A DNA stretch of 64,000 nucleotides from Thermoleophilia bacterium UBA6103 (lineage in GTDB: Bacteria > Actinomycetota > Thermoleophilia > UBA2241): contig DIWP01000056.1 of NCBI GenBank assembly GCA_002423545.1, positions 69,110 to 133,109 on the forward strand, read 5' to 3'. The notes under the pieces are model-generated. The model ran no database searches. It had not been told where the DNA came from and saw only the letters and a list, made by a program, of their open reading frames with translations. Each line of letters begins with the position of its first letter. Position 1 is the stretch's first letter. Made by a program: the position numbers and the translations under genes. Of this stretch, positions 8,755-17,653 are shown one piece after another.

Positions 8755-10572
8755 TCAGCGGCGTCTGAGCGGCGGGACGATGCGTAGCCAGATCGCGTTG
8801 GAGCGGCCGGCGGCGGTGCGGACGCGCACGCGGACCCGTCCGGCGGGGCGCAGCGGCACCTTGACGCGGATGCGTCCATCACGCCATGAAGCGTAGACGT
8901 GCGCCCGGCGTGAGCCGAAGAAGACCGACGCCTTCCGTTTGGCGTGCGATGCGGCCGCTGCCGCCCGGCTGCGGCCGAAACGTATGCCGCGGAGGGTCAT
9001 CCAGCGTCCGGGGCGCACCCGCGCGGCGCCGAGCGACCGCAGGCGTGGTGGGCGCGCCGCGTCCGGGTCGGGCTGTGGCGCCGGCTCGGCGCCGTACTCG
9101 AAGGCGCCGATGTCGAAGCCTGCACCGGCCGGGCGCCGGCCGCCGGCCAGATCGAACGCCGGGGCGCCGTTCGCCGTGCCGGCGTCGATGAGCGGGCTGC
9201 CGGCCCGCGGCCGGAAGTCGCCACGGGTGCCCCACGCCGGCCGTGTGAAGCGCGGCGGCGCCGAGAGGTTGCCGGCGCCCAGGGCGCCGGCCCGGAGCTG
9301 GGCCGCCGTGTAGTCGCGGCCGTTGGCGTGGACCTGCACGTCGGCCCCCGGCCGGTGGAAGTCGCAGTGGTCGATGTGGGCGGTCACGGCGTCGCCCAGG
9401 TACACCTCGCCGTGACCGTTGGCGATCAGGGTGTTGCGGATCAGTACCGTCATCGGCTCCGGCTCGCCGTACTGCATGTAGACGGGGTATGCGTGTCGTG
9501 CCGGGTCGTCGTGGACCGTCACGTTGACGATGGTGAACGTCGCTCCCGGCTCGCCGCCCATGACGATGCCGGCCCATGGCGAGGCGCCGCCGACGCCGTC
9601 GCCCATGCCGTAGATGAGCGTGTTCTCGACTCGGCCGCCGGCCCACAGCTTGACGCCGTCGCAGCTGTTGTTGGCGACCGTGCAGCACCGGATGGTGGTC
9701 GCCGCCGCCTTTGAGTCGAGGCCGTCGCCGCGGTTGTGCTCGGCCACCGTGTCTTCGATGAGGATCGGCCCGGCCGACGGCTCGATGCCGAAGCCGTCGG
9801 GTCGGTCGTAAGAGCCGGGCCCGGGGCCGCCCCGGTAGTAGTGGCCGGAGTAGCCGAGGTAGCAGTCGCGGACGGTCACGTTCCGGTTGCCGCCGTGCCG
9901 TCCCTCCGGTCCGCCGATGCAGCCGAAGCCGCAGTGGGAGAAGCGACAACGCTCGACGAGCAGATGGCGCACGTCGCCGATGTTCAGCGCCATCTCGTCG
10001 ATGTGGTGGATCGAGAGGTCGCGGAGGACGAGGTGGTCGACCGGGTCGCCGGCGGCGTCGATGCCGCCGCGGAAGCGCGTGCCGCCGTCCGCGGTGATCT
10101 CGAGGTTCTCGAGCGTCACGTAGCTGGTGCCGGAGACATCGACGGCCGCGAAGAGGTCGTCGCGCCCGGCCAGGACCGGCCGCTGCCCGGCCTCGCCGAC
10201 GATGCGGGTCGGGGCCGCGGCCGTGCCCGACGGCGGCGTGATCATGTCGTACCAGAAGGTGCGCAGCACGTAGCGGCCGCGCAGGATGACCAGCGTGTCG
10301 CCGCCGTGCAGGCGCTTTGAGGCCGGTCCGGGACTGCGCCAGGGCCTGGCCCGGCTGCCGGGTGCACCGTCGTCACCCGACGGCGAGACGAAGTAGGTGG
10401 CGGCGGCGGCTGTGGCCGGCCCGGCGATGCCGGAGGGCAGGCCGCCGAAGAGGCACCAGGTGAGCACCGCCGTCGTCGCGGCGAGGGCGACGAACGACCC
10501 GCGGGTCGGCCTCGAACGTGCGCCGTCTGCGGCCCGCCGCCGACGGCCGCGCAGCGTGCGCCTCAACGTCAT
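8755..10572 (-). CDS. secreted right-handed parallel beta-helix (pectate-lyase fold) protein with C-terminal Ig-like/TIG domain
   Basis: 605 aa with an N-terminal signal-like helix. Repeated beta-helix turns (…NIGDVRHLLVERCRFSHCGFGCIGG…NVTVRDCYL…) and a C-terminal Ig-like tail. Confidence 0.55.
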   Translation of the reverse strand: MTLRRTLRGRRRRAADGARSRPTRGSFVALAATTAVLTWCLFGGLPSGIAGPATAAAATYFVSPSGDDGAPGSRARPWRSPGPASKRLHGGDTLVILRGRYVLRTFWYDMITPPSGTAAAPTRIVGEAGQRPVLAGRDDLFAAVDVSGTSYVTLENLEITADGGTRFRGGIDAAGDPVDHLVLRDLSIHHIDEMALNIGDVRHLLVERCRFSHCGFGCIGGPEGRHGGNRNVTVRDCYLGYSGHYYRGGPGPGSYDRPDGFGIEPSAGPILIEDTVAEHNRGDGLDSKAAATTIRCCTVANNSCDGVKLWAGGRVENTLIYGMGDGVGGASPWAGIVMGGEPGATFTIVNVTVHDDPARHAYPVYMQYGEPEPMTVLIRNTLIANGHGEVYLGDAVTAHIDHCDFHRPGADVQVHANGRDYTAAQLRAGALGAGNLSAPPRFTRPAWGTRGDFRPRAGSPLIDAGTANGAPAFDLAGGRRPAGAGFDIGAFEYGAEPAPQPDPDAARPPRLRSLGAARVRPGRWMTLRGIRFGRSRAAAAASHAKRKASVFFGSRRAHVYASWRDGRIRVKVPLRPAGRVRVRVRTAAGRSNAIWLRIVPPLRRR

Positions 10573-10881
10573 GACCGTCGCCGTGACGCGGGTGCCTGCC
10601 GGTCGCCACCGACGCCCACTCTGCCGTTCTCCATCGCAGCCTCCTCACGGCAATGGTCGGCACGATCGACCGGCACGGCAAGCCCTCTGGAGACGAAGGC
10701 GCTCCAGATGCGTCGTCTTGTCAGGCAGCGCCGCCCTGTGCGGGCGCCCGACGCGCACGTGCCGGTCGGCGCACGAGCCGCGTCGTCTCGTCAGGCAGCG
10801 GCCGCGCGACCCACGCCGCCCGGGGCTCGCGGCGCCCGCCCGGGGCCACGCGAGCCGCCCGGGGCGACGGCATCCGGCCGG

Positions 10882-12138
10882 TCAGCCGTGCTGCGGCGAC
10901 TTCTGGTCGTCGTCGCGCGGACCGACCGCCGCGGCCAGCTCGCCCAAGGCGTCGTCGACGCCGGTCTGGTCGGTGTGACGCACCTCGACTGCGGCGTCGC
11001 GGAACACGTACGCCGGGCCCTTCTTGACCTCATGGGTCACCAGCAGGACGTCGACGGCGAAGCCGACGAGCCACTCCGCCGTGACGATGCCCTTCTGACG
11101 GTCGTCGTGCTGGTGCGGGTTGTCGCGGACAGCCTTGTCCACGATCGTCCCGTCTGCGGTCTTCAGCTTCACGAAAGCGAAGCGAGACGCCGAGCCGAAC
11201 TCGTCGCTGAGCCGCTCGGGGTCGGCGGCGAGCGGCAGACAGACGGTGAGCACGTCGGTGCGCTGCGGCTCCAGGTGCAGGGTCATGTGATCGACGCCCG
11301 GCAGCTCGTCGCGCACGCTTGCTTCCAGGCGGTCGGCGGCGGCGTGTGCCTTCTCCAGATCGTCGGTGCGCACCGCGACGATGGCTTCCACGAAGACGTA
11401 GCGGCCGGCGCTGCGGGCGGTGAGGTCGCGCACCTTGACGACCAGTGGGTCGGCCTCCAGGGTCTCCTCGATGAGGCGCAGGGTGCGCGAGTCGACCGAG
11501 GCGTCCAGCAGCACCTTCATGCCGTCGGTGAGCAGTCCCCAGCCGGAGTAGACGACGATGGCCAGGATGGGGAAGGCGGCCCAGCGGTCGATGTCGAAGC
11601 CGATGAAGGTGGAGGCGACGGCGACCAGGGCCAGCGTGCCGCTCATCACGTCGACCAGACGGTGCTTGCCGTCGGCCACCAGAGCCGGCGAGGACGTGCG
11701 CCGGCCGCGCGAGGTGGCGTACAGGCTGTAGGCGAGCGTGATGGCGATGGAGACCACGACACCGGTGATGACCCACCAGGTGATGACCGGCGCCTCCTCC
11801 TGCGGCGCCAGCGCCTGCGCAGCGATCTCGTAGGCGCCGACGAAGATGAGGATGGCGACGATGACCTGAAGGACGTTCTCGATCTTGTAGAGACCGAAGG
11901 GGAAGCGCGACGACTTGCGTGCCGAGAGGCGCAGTCCGGCCCAGAGCACGATGGCGCCGACGACGTCGACCGCCGAGTCGACCGCCGTCGCGGTCAGCAC
12001 CAGACTCTTGGAGAAGATGGCCAGGGAGCCCTTGATGGCGACCAGCAGAAGGCTGATCAGGATGCCGTAGACGGCGACACGCTGGACCTCGCGGTCGCCG
12101 GCCTGGGCTGGTGTGGGCGTCGGGTCGTTCATGGCCAT
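10882..12138 (-). CDS. cation diffusion facilitator (CDF) transporter fused to C-terminal NifX/NifB-like (dinitrogenase FeMo-cofactor-binding fold) domain
   Basis: 418 aa with six TM helices and a CDF-type cytoplasmic domain. The extra C-terminal ~100 aa (…FAFVKLKTADGTIVDKAVRDNPHQ…GIVTAEWLVGFAVDVLLVTHEVKKGP…) resembles the NifX/NafY family. Confidence 0.6.
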   Translation of the reverse strand: MAMNDPTPTPAQAGDREVQRVAVYGILISLLLVAIKGSLAIFSKSLVLTATAVDSAVDVVGAIVLWAGLRLSARKSSRFPFGLYKIENVLQVIVAILIFVGAYEIAAQALAPQEEAPVITWWVITGVVVSIAITLAYSLYATSRGRRTSSPALVADGKHRLVDVMSGTLALVAVASTFIGFDIDRWAAFPILAIVVYSGWGLLTDGMKVLLDASVDSRTLRLIEETLEADPLVVKVRDLTARSAGRYVFVEAIVAVRTDDLEKAHAAADRLEASVRDELPGVDHMTLHLEPQRTDVLTVCLPLAADPERLSDEFGSASRFAFVKLKTADGTIVDKAVRDNPHQHDDRQKGIVTAEWLVGFAVDVLLVTHEVKKGPAYVFRDAAVEVRHTDQTGVDDALGELAAAVGPRDDDQKSPQHG

Positions 12139-12266
12139 CTCGGCAGCATATGCTTCTTCTGCGCGCCGGCGTCTGTGCCTGCGGCCCCGACGGCCGCGGG
12201 ACGTCGGTCGCGAGCGAGGAGGTGTCCGGCGTGGATCCGGAACGGCCGTCGATCGAGCCGGTCACC

Positions 12267-12761
12267 ATGCGTCCGATCGGCATCATCCACAGTCCGCACC
12301 ACGATCCGGCGCAGACGCCGATCCAGCCGGTCTGCGCCCGTGGGGTGGCCGGCACGGTCGAGGTGTTCGCCGACTATGTCGAAGGTCTTGCCGATGTGGA
12401 CGGCTTCTCGCATCTGCACCTCATCTACTGGTTCCACCGCAGCGCCGCGGTACAGATGGGGTCGGACCCGCCGGCAGGGCCGTTCTCGCTGAAGGTCGTC
12501 CCGTATCTCCAGGACGTGCCGCGTGGCGTGTTCGCCACGCGGGCGCCACGGCGTCCCAACGCGATCGGCCTGAGCCTTGTCCGCCTCGTGGAGCGGCGTG
12601 GTGCCGAGTTGCACGTGGAAGACCTCGATGTGCTCGACGGCACGCCACTGCTGGACATCAAGCCGTACGTGGAGGGGTTCGATCTGCGCCTCGGCACGCG
12701 CGGGGGATGGACCGAAGCCGTCGGAGAGACCGAGTTCACCGAGCGGGGGCGGCGGCGCTGA
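12267..12761 (+). CDS. TsaA/TrmO-family SAM-dependent tRNA methyltransferase (YaeB-like)
   Basis: MRPIGIIHSPH…VFADYVEGLADVDGFSHLHLIYWFH…RRPNAIGLSLVRL… are hallmark TsaA-like motifs. The ORF track begins earlier (12111, GTG), but a conserved N-terminus starts at the internal ATG. Confidence 0.7.
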   Translation: MRPIGIIHSPHHDPAQTPIQPVCARGVAGTVEVFADYVEGLADVDGFSHLHLIYWFHRSAAVQMGSDPPAGPFSLKVVPYLQDVPRGVFATRAPRRPNAIGLSLVRLVERRGAELHVEDLDVLDGTPLLDIKPYVEGFDLRLGTRGGWTEAVGETEFTERGRRR

Positions 12762-13662
12762 AGTACAGACGGCCGTCGACCCGTCGCTTGTCCAGCAGTC
12801 CCTCGCCGTCGAGCTCCTCCACATATTTGAGGATCTCGTTGCGATGTGCGCCGAGACCCTCGACGATGTCCTCGAGTGAGCAGGGGCGGCGGGCCAGCAT
12901 GTCGAGCACCGCCGCCCGCGTGGCGCCGAACTCGGGCAGAGCGTGGACGCCGCGATAGTCGGCCACCACCTCGGCCGGTGGATCGAAGTACGTGGCGATC
13001 TCTTCCATGCGGGCGCGGTCGACGGCGACGGCGAACTCCTCGGCCGGCGGCCGCGTCACGGTGTTGAGCTGGACCCGGTCCGGCCGGATGTCGCGGGCGT
13101 GGTCGACGATGCGGCGTGCCTCGGCCGGGATGGCCGTATAGCCGCCGAGGATGAACGCTTCCAGCCAGATCGGCCCCTGGTACTCCCGCCGGAAGGCGAC
13201 CAGGCCGGCGAGCATCTGGGCGAAGGAGATGTACGGATGCGGCCGGTTGACCGCCTGGAACAGCGACTCGTCGCCGGCGTCCAGAGACGGCACCACAAGG
13301 TCGGCGGCGGCGATCTGTGCGCGCACCTCTGGGTCCCAGAGCAGCGAGCCGTTGGTGAGCACGGCGACCGGGACGTCGGTGAGGGCGTGGATGCGCTCGA
13401 TCAGCTCGTCGAGTCGCGAGTACAGGGTCGGCTCGCCGGAGCCGCTCAGCGTGATGTAGTCGGGTCGTGACGGGAGCGAGCCGCGCAGCTCCTCGATCAC
13501 GTCATCAAGCGGGACCCACTCGCGGCGCTCCACCGTCTTGTGGGTGGTGCGTCCGAGCTGGCAGTACACGCAATCGTAGGTACAGGTCTTGAAGGGGACG
13601 AGGTCGAGGCCCAGCGAGCGGCCGAGACGGCGCGAGGGGACCGGACCGAACACGTATGTCAT
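12736..13662 (-). CDS. radical SAM domain protein with C-terminal winged-helix-like region
   Basis: 308 aa with a CxxxCxxC cluster (KTCTYDCVYCQ) near the N-terminus, a Gly-rich SAM motif (LSGSGEPTL), and a TIM-barrel-like remainder. Start overlaps the upstream stop (ATGA). Confidence 0.7.
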   Translation of the reverse strand: MTYVFGPVPSRRLGRSLGLDLVPFKTCTYDCVYCQLGRTTHKTVERREWVPLDDVIEELRGSLPSRPDYITLSGSGEPTLYSRLDELIERIHALTDVPVAVLTNGSLLWDPEVRAQIAAADLVVPSLDAGDESLFQAVNRPHPYISFAQMLAGLVAFRREYQGPIWLEAFILGGYTAIPAEARRIVDHARDIRPDRVQLNTVTRPPAEEFAVAVDRARMEEIATYFDPPAEVVADYRGVHALPEFGATRAAVLDMLARRPCSLEDIVEGLGAHRNEILKYVEELDGEGLLDKRRVDGRLYFSAAAPAR

Positions 13663-14462
13663 CTCTCTTCGCCTCCCGGGTCATTGCTTGACTCGCCATC
13701 CGATCCGCCATCCGGCCCGTCTCCCGGCCCGTCGCACTCGTCGGAGCTATCGAAGGCCGGCTGCGGGTGCGACTGGGGCTGCGACTGGGGCTGCGGCTGC
13801 GGCTGCGACTGGGGCTCTGAACGCAGCTGCGACTGCGACGATCGCTGCGGTGGGGCCGGCGGGAGCGGCGGCCCCGGCCGCTGCATCTCCCGCACGAGGT
13901 CTGTCGGCAACGCCACGACCAGGCGGTCGGCGCCGAGTCCTCCGTACTCGCGGGCGTCGCCGCACCCGAAGGAGAAGGCGGGCAGACCGGCGCTGCCGGC
14001 GGCGGCGACACACGAGCAGACGGACATGAACGAGGACAGGCTCGTCTGCAGGGTACGGCCGTGCACGAGCTGCCAGCGCCGCAGCAGCTTCATGGCGGCG
14101 GCCGGCGTCAGGTAGGCGAGCAGGACGTCGGGGTCGTCGAGACGGCCGATGCGGATGAAGTGCAGCGGCCGTCGGAAGCAGGGCGTCTCCGCGACGATCC
14201 GGGTGGCGCGTTCGCGGGGCACGCCGGCGTGTTCGGCCATGCGCGCGACCAGGGTGTCATCGTCGCCGTCGCGGCCGAGGTTGCGGGGTGCGCCGACGCA
14301 GGTGAGGTCGGCGCAGTCGAGGACCACCTCTTCCCGGAACGACCGACCCACGGCGGCACAGAGCCGGACGAAGCCTCCCGGAGGCAGCGTGGCGGCCTCC
14401 TCGAAGCGCAGGGCCGTCCAGGGCTCGCCGGTGATGCCCTCCAGCAGCTCTATCTCGATCAC
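13659..14462 (-). CDS. hypothetical Cys-rich protein (possible DUF169-like) with Gln/Pro/Ser tandem-repeat C-terminus
   Basis: 267 aa with a GTG start overlapping the upstream stop. Several conserved-looking Cys (…CSCVAAAG…FGCGDAREYGG…). The C-terminal QSQPQPQPQSQPQS repeat is encoded by a DNA tandem repeat. Confidence 0.4.
   Translation of the reverse strand: MIEIELLEGITGEPWTALRFEEAATLPPGGFVRLCAAVGRSFREEVVLDCADLTCVGAPRNLGRDGDDDTLVARMAEHAGVPRERATRIVAETPCFRRPLHFIRIGRLDDPDVLLAYLTPAAAMKLLRRWQLVHGRTLQTSLSSFMSVCSCVAAAGSAGLPAFSFGCGDAREYGGLGADRLVVALPTDLVREMQRPGPPLPPAPPQRSSQSQLRSEPQSQPQPQPQSQPQSHPQPAFDSSDECDGPGDGPDGGSDGESSNDPGGEER
13690..13830. repeat. in-frame tandem repeat (CAGCCCCAGTCGCAGCCG-type hexamer/dodecamer units) encoding QSQPQP repeats
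   Basis: Visible as cagccccagtcgcagccgcagccgcagccccagtcgcagccccagtcgcac on the minus-strand coding frame. Confidence 0.6.
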
Positions 14463-15493
14463 GAGTCCGCTCTCGTCCTGTCTGCGTCATGCCGGCTGGG
14501 GGCGGCCGATCGGCCGTTGGCGACGGGGCCACCATCGGCGGCAGCGTGGCCGGCGGCGCCGGTGCAGCCGTCGGCACCGGCGTATCCGCCGGCGCCGGTG
14601 CAGCCGTCGGCACCGGCGTATCCGCCGGCGCCGGGGCGACCGTCGGCGCTCCGCAGCAGTGCCTGCGTGCCGCGGTCGAGCCCGGTGAGCGCGGCCACCA
14701 CCGGGCACTTGACGGTGAAGAGGAAGAAGATGTCGGCCGGCTCGTCGCTGAGCGACTCGTAGTTGCCCTGGCCCTTGGCGATGATGAGGTCGGCGGCGGC
14801 GAACCGGGCGCGGAAGTCCGGGGTGCAGTCCGACAGAAGGGTTCCCGGGGCGTCGGAGCCGTTGCTCACGACCTCACCGAACCGTCCCAGGCCGGCGACC
14901 TCGGCGTCGGCCAGCGTGGCGTCGTTGAGCACCGGCGCGCCGCGTACCGCGAACGTGACGCGTCCCGCCGGAAGCTGCTCGGCCAGCAAGGCGTCGAAGA
15001 CGATCTCGCCGGCATTGTCGGCGAGGTAGAGGATGCTGTCGGCGTCGGCCAGGGCGCGGCGGAACGCCTCGACATCACCGTGGAACGGCTGGTCGTGCGA
15101 TCCGTCGATGGCCTCTTCGATGCATTCCGTGCTGCGGGTGCCGGAGGCGCCGACGTCGATGGTGTTGCCGGCGATCGCCACGCGTATGGCGGCGGTCAAC
15201 GGATCGGGGGCGGTGCGCACGCGTTCGGCGAGCGACGGCAGCATGGCGAGCGCCGCCTCGTTGGAGTGTCGCTTGAGCTCTCCGAACGGGTCTTCGTCAC
15301 CGGCCAGCTCGCGGATGCGACGCTGCATGCGCTGCACCACCGGCAGCGGCGAGCCGCTGAGGTCGGCCGCGGCCGTGATCACCAGCGCCTCGCGCATGAT
15401 CCGTTCGCGCAGGTCGGCGTCCCCGTCGACGATCCGGGACGCCTCGAACGCCTGGCGGACAAGACAGGGCAAGCACTCCAACGTGGTCTTCAT
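14459..15493 (-). CDS. DUF89/ARMT1-family protein (damage-control phosphatase-like)
   Basis: The N-terminal MKTTLECLPCLVRQ (CxxC) and overall ~300 aa alpha/beta layout match the DUF89 family. The C-terminus carries a GAGGYAGADGCT repeat. First gene of a three-gene, minus-strand, translationally coupled operon. Confidence 0.55.
   Translation of the reverse strand: MKTTLECLPCLVRQAFEASRIVDGDADLRERIMREALVITAAADLSGSPLPVVQRMQRRIRELAGDEDPFGELKRHSNEAALAMLPSLAERVRTAPDPLTAAIRVAIAGNTIDVGASGTRSTECIEEAIDGSHDQPFHGDVEAFRRALADADSILYLADNAGEIVFDALLAEQLPAGRVTFAVRGAPVLNDATLADAEVAGLGRFGEVVSNGSDAPGTLLSDCTPDFRARFAAADLIIAKGQGNYESLSDEPADIFFLFTVKCPVVAALTGLDRGTQALLRSADGRPGAGGYAGADGCTGAGGYAGADGCTGAAGHAAADGGPVANGRSAAPSRHDADRTRADS
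14545..14650. repeat. ~36-nt tandem duplication inside the DUF89 gene 3' end
   Basis: cggcaccggcgtatccgccggcgccggtgcagccgt occurs twice consecutively and encodes GAGGYAGADGCTGAGGYAGADGCT. Confidence 0.6.
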
Positions 15494-15666
15494 CGCGGCG
15501 CCGCTGACCTCCTCGTTTTTTCTGGCGTATGCCCATAATACCGCGGACGGGGCCGCGTGTCTTCACCGCGTGCGGGTCGACGCATGTCATGCCGTCTCTG
15601 CGGGGTCGACGGCTGGAAGGACTCCGTCGACCGTCCGGCCGGGAATGGATGGATGGGGGCAGCCGA

Positions 15667-17136
15667 TCAGGAGGTCTCGAACGCCGCTCCGGCGTCGAGC
15701 TCAAAGCCCGCGGCGAAGAGCTGTTCGCAGGCGGCCACGACGTCGCGGTCGTAGCGCGTACCGGCGCCGTTCCGTACCTCGGCGAGCGCGATCTGGGTGC
15801 CGAAGGCCGGCCGATACGGCCGGTGACTGGCCATTGCCTCCACCACGTCGGCCACCGCCAGGATACGGGCCTCCGGCAGGATGTCGTCGCCCGTCAGGCC
15901 GCGCGGATAGCCGGAACCGTCGCGCCGCTCGTGATGCTGGTAGACGACCTCGGCGACCGGTCCGTCGAACGCGATCGGCTTGAGGATCTCGTAGCCGAGC
16001 ACCGGATGTCGGGTGATGAGGTTGCGCTCGATCGTGGTCAGCGCGCCGGGCTTGCTGAGGATCTCCGCCGGCACGCCGATCTTGCCGACATCGTGCACCT
16101 CGCCGGCCAAACGGATCGTCTCCACGGCGCTCTCTTCGAGGCCCATCGCGGCGGCGATGGCGACGGCAAGGCCGGTGACCCGACGCTCGTGGCCGCTGGT
16201 GTATGGATCGCGCAACTCGACCACGGCGCCCATGGCATGCACGGTGTCGTGCAGGGCGGTGCGGAGGCGCTCACTGCTCTCGGCCAGCGCCTCCTCGGCG
16301 GCCTTGCGCTCGCTGATGTCCAGCATGACGCCGATGATGCCGGCCGGCCGGCCATCGGGTCCGATGAAGGTGGCCTTGTTGAAGACGACGTCCCGCAGAG
16401 CCCCGTCTGCGGCCTGCACCTTCCACTCGTATGACTGTCGGCCTGGCTTTCGGAGCAGCGCGCGGTCCATGTCGGCGTACCTGGCGGTGACGTTCGCGGG
16501 TCCGGTGGACTCCACCTGGGTACCGACGATCTCGTCGCGGGGCCGGCCGAGCAGCTCCTCGAAGGCGCGGTTGCAGCCGAGATAGACCCCCTCGGCGTCC
16601 TTGTAGAAGACGGGACTGGGGATGGTGTCGAGCAGGGTGGCGAGAAAGCCCGCCTGCCGGGCCAGCTCGGCCGACTTCTCTTGCAGCGCCTCCTCGGCCC
16701 GTCGCTGGGCGCGTTCGCGCTCGGCGTCGGCCAGCGTCCGCTCCACCGCCAGCGGCAGTCGGGCGAGGCGGTCCTTGAGGACACAGTCGGCGGCGCCTTC
16801 CCTGACGATGGCGACCGCCTTCTCCTCACCGATGGTGCCGGAGACGCAGATCAGCGGGATGTGGGGGGCACGTTCCTTGACGATCTCCAGCGCCGCCGGT
16901 GCATCGAAGCCGGGCAGCTTGTAGTCGGCCAGGACGATGTCGTACGGGGCGGTGGTCAGAAGGCGCTCGAACTCCGCGCGGCCTGCAGTCACATCCATCT
17001 CGATCGTCAGGCCGGCAGCGCGCAGCAGCTCGCCGATCAGCTCGGCGTCGTCGGGCTCGTCCTCCAGGAGGAGGATGCGCAGCCGGCGCAGTATGTGAGT
17101 GCCGGCTTTCGGGTCGCGGTCCTGGGGCTCGTTCAC
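15667..17136 (-). CDS. response regulator receiver-PAS-HD-GYP domain protein (putative c-di-GMP phosphodiesterase)
   Basis: The receiver domain (LLLEDEPDDAELI…DIVLADYKLPGFDA), a PAS domain, and an HD-GYP domain (…HERRVTGLAVAIA…EVHDVGKIG…HHERRDGSGYPRGL) are all recognisable. Confidence 0.75.
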   Translation of the reverse strand: MNEPQDRDPKAGTHILRRLRILLLEDEPDDAELIGELLRAAGLTIEMDVTAGRAEFERLLTTAPYDIVLADYKLPGFDAPAALEIVKERAPHIPLICVSGTIGEEKAVAIVREGAADCVLKDRLARLPLAVERTLADAERERAQRRAEEALQEKSAELARQAGFLATLLDTIPSPVFYKDAEGVYLGCNRAFEELLGRPRDEIVGTQVESTGPANVTARYADMDRALLRKPGRQSYEWKVQAADGALRDVVFNKATFIGPDGRPAGIIGVMLDISERKAAEEALAESSERLRTALHDTVHAMGAVVELRDPYTSGHERRVTGLAVAIAAAMGLEESAVETIRLAGEVHDVGKIGVPAEILSKPGALTTIERNLITRHPVLGYEILKPIAFDGPVAEVVYQHHERRDGSGYPRGLTGDDILPEARILAVADVVEAMASHRPYRPAFGTQIALAEVRNGAGTRYDRDVVAACEQLFAAGFELDAGAAFETS

Positions 17137-17189
17137 GTCACCTCGTTCACGTCACCCTCGTGGTCTTGTCGCCGGGATCGAACCCGTCG

Positions 17190-17651
17190 TCACTCAGCGC
17201 CCTTTGTACCCGTATCGTCAGGTGGCAGCTCGTTGATGAGTGCCCAGAACACGCCGAGCTGACGCACGGCATGCATGAACTCCTCGAACTGGACCGGCTT
17301 GACCACGTAGGCGTTGGCGCCGAGCTGGTAGCTGGTGACGAGGTCCTGCTCCTGTCGCGACGAGGTCAGGATGACCACCGGCAGCGTCCGCAGCTCCGCG
17401 TCGGCGCGGATCTCGCGCAGCAGCTCGAGTCCGTCCATGCGCGGCATCTTGATGTCAAGGAGCAGGAGCGCCGGCCGACGCCCGCCGCGGGCCGCCCACG
17501 GTCCCTGGCGGCGCAGATACTCGAGCGCCTCCACGCCGTCGCCGACCACGTCCACCCGATTGGCCAGGCCCTCCTTCCTGAGCGCCTCCAGCGTCAGCTC
17601 CACGTCGTCGATGCTGTCCTCCGCCAGGAGGATGGGTCGCAGATCGTCCAC
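17190..17651 (-). CDS. single-domain CheY-like response regulator
   Basis: 153 aa with PILLAEDSIDDVELT…LLLLDIKMPRMDGLELLREIR…VVILTSS, a canonical receiver domain. Confidence 0.75.
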   Translation of the reverse strand: MDDLRPILLAEDSIDDVELTLEALRKEGLANRVDVVGDGVEALEYLRRQGPWAARGGRRPALLLLDIKMPRMDGLELLREIRADAELRTLPVVILTSSRQEQDLVTSYQLGANAYVVKPVQFEEFMHAVRQLGVFWALINELPPDDTGTKGAE

Positions 17652-17653
17652 GG

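Noticed and set aside
11030-12355. 441-aa minus-strand ORF overlapping the CDF transporter
   Set aside because: It is an alternative frame of a gene with clear TM/CDF architecture and has a low-complexity composition.
12736-13662. The radical SAM gene as a possible PylB (pyrrolysine biosynthesis)
   Set aside because: Its size (308 aa), the position of the CxxxCxxC motif and the C-terminal wHTH do not fit the BioB-like PylB family. No pylC/pylD/pylS-like genes are adjacent. It is therefore not used as support for the Pyl hypothesis.
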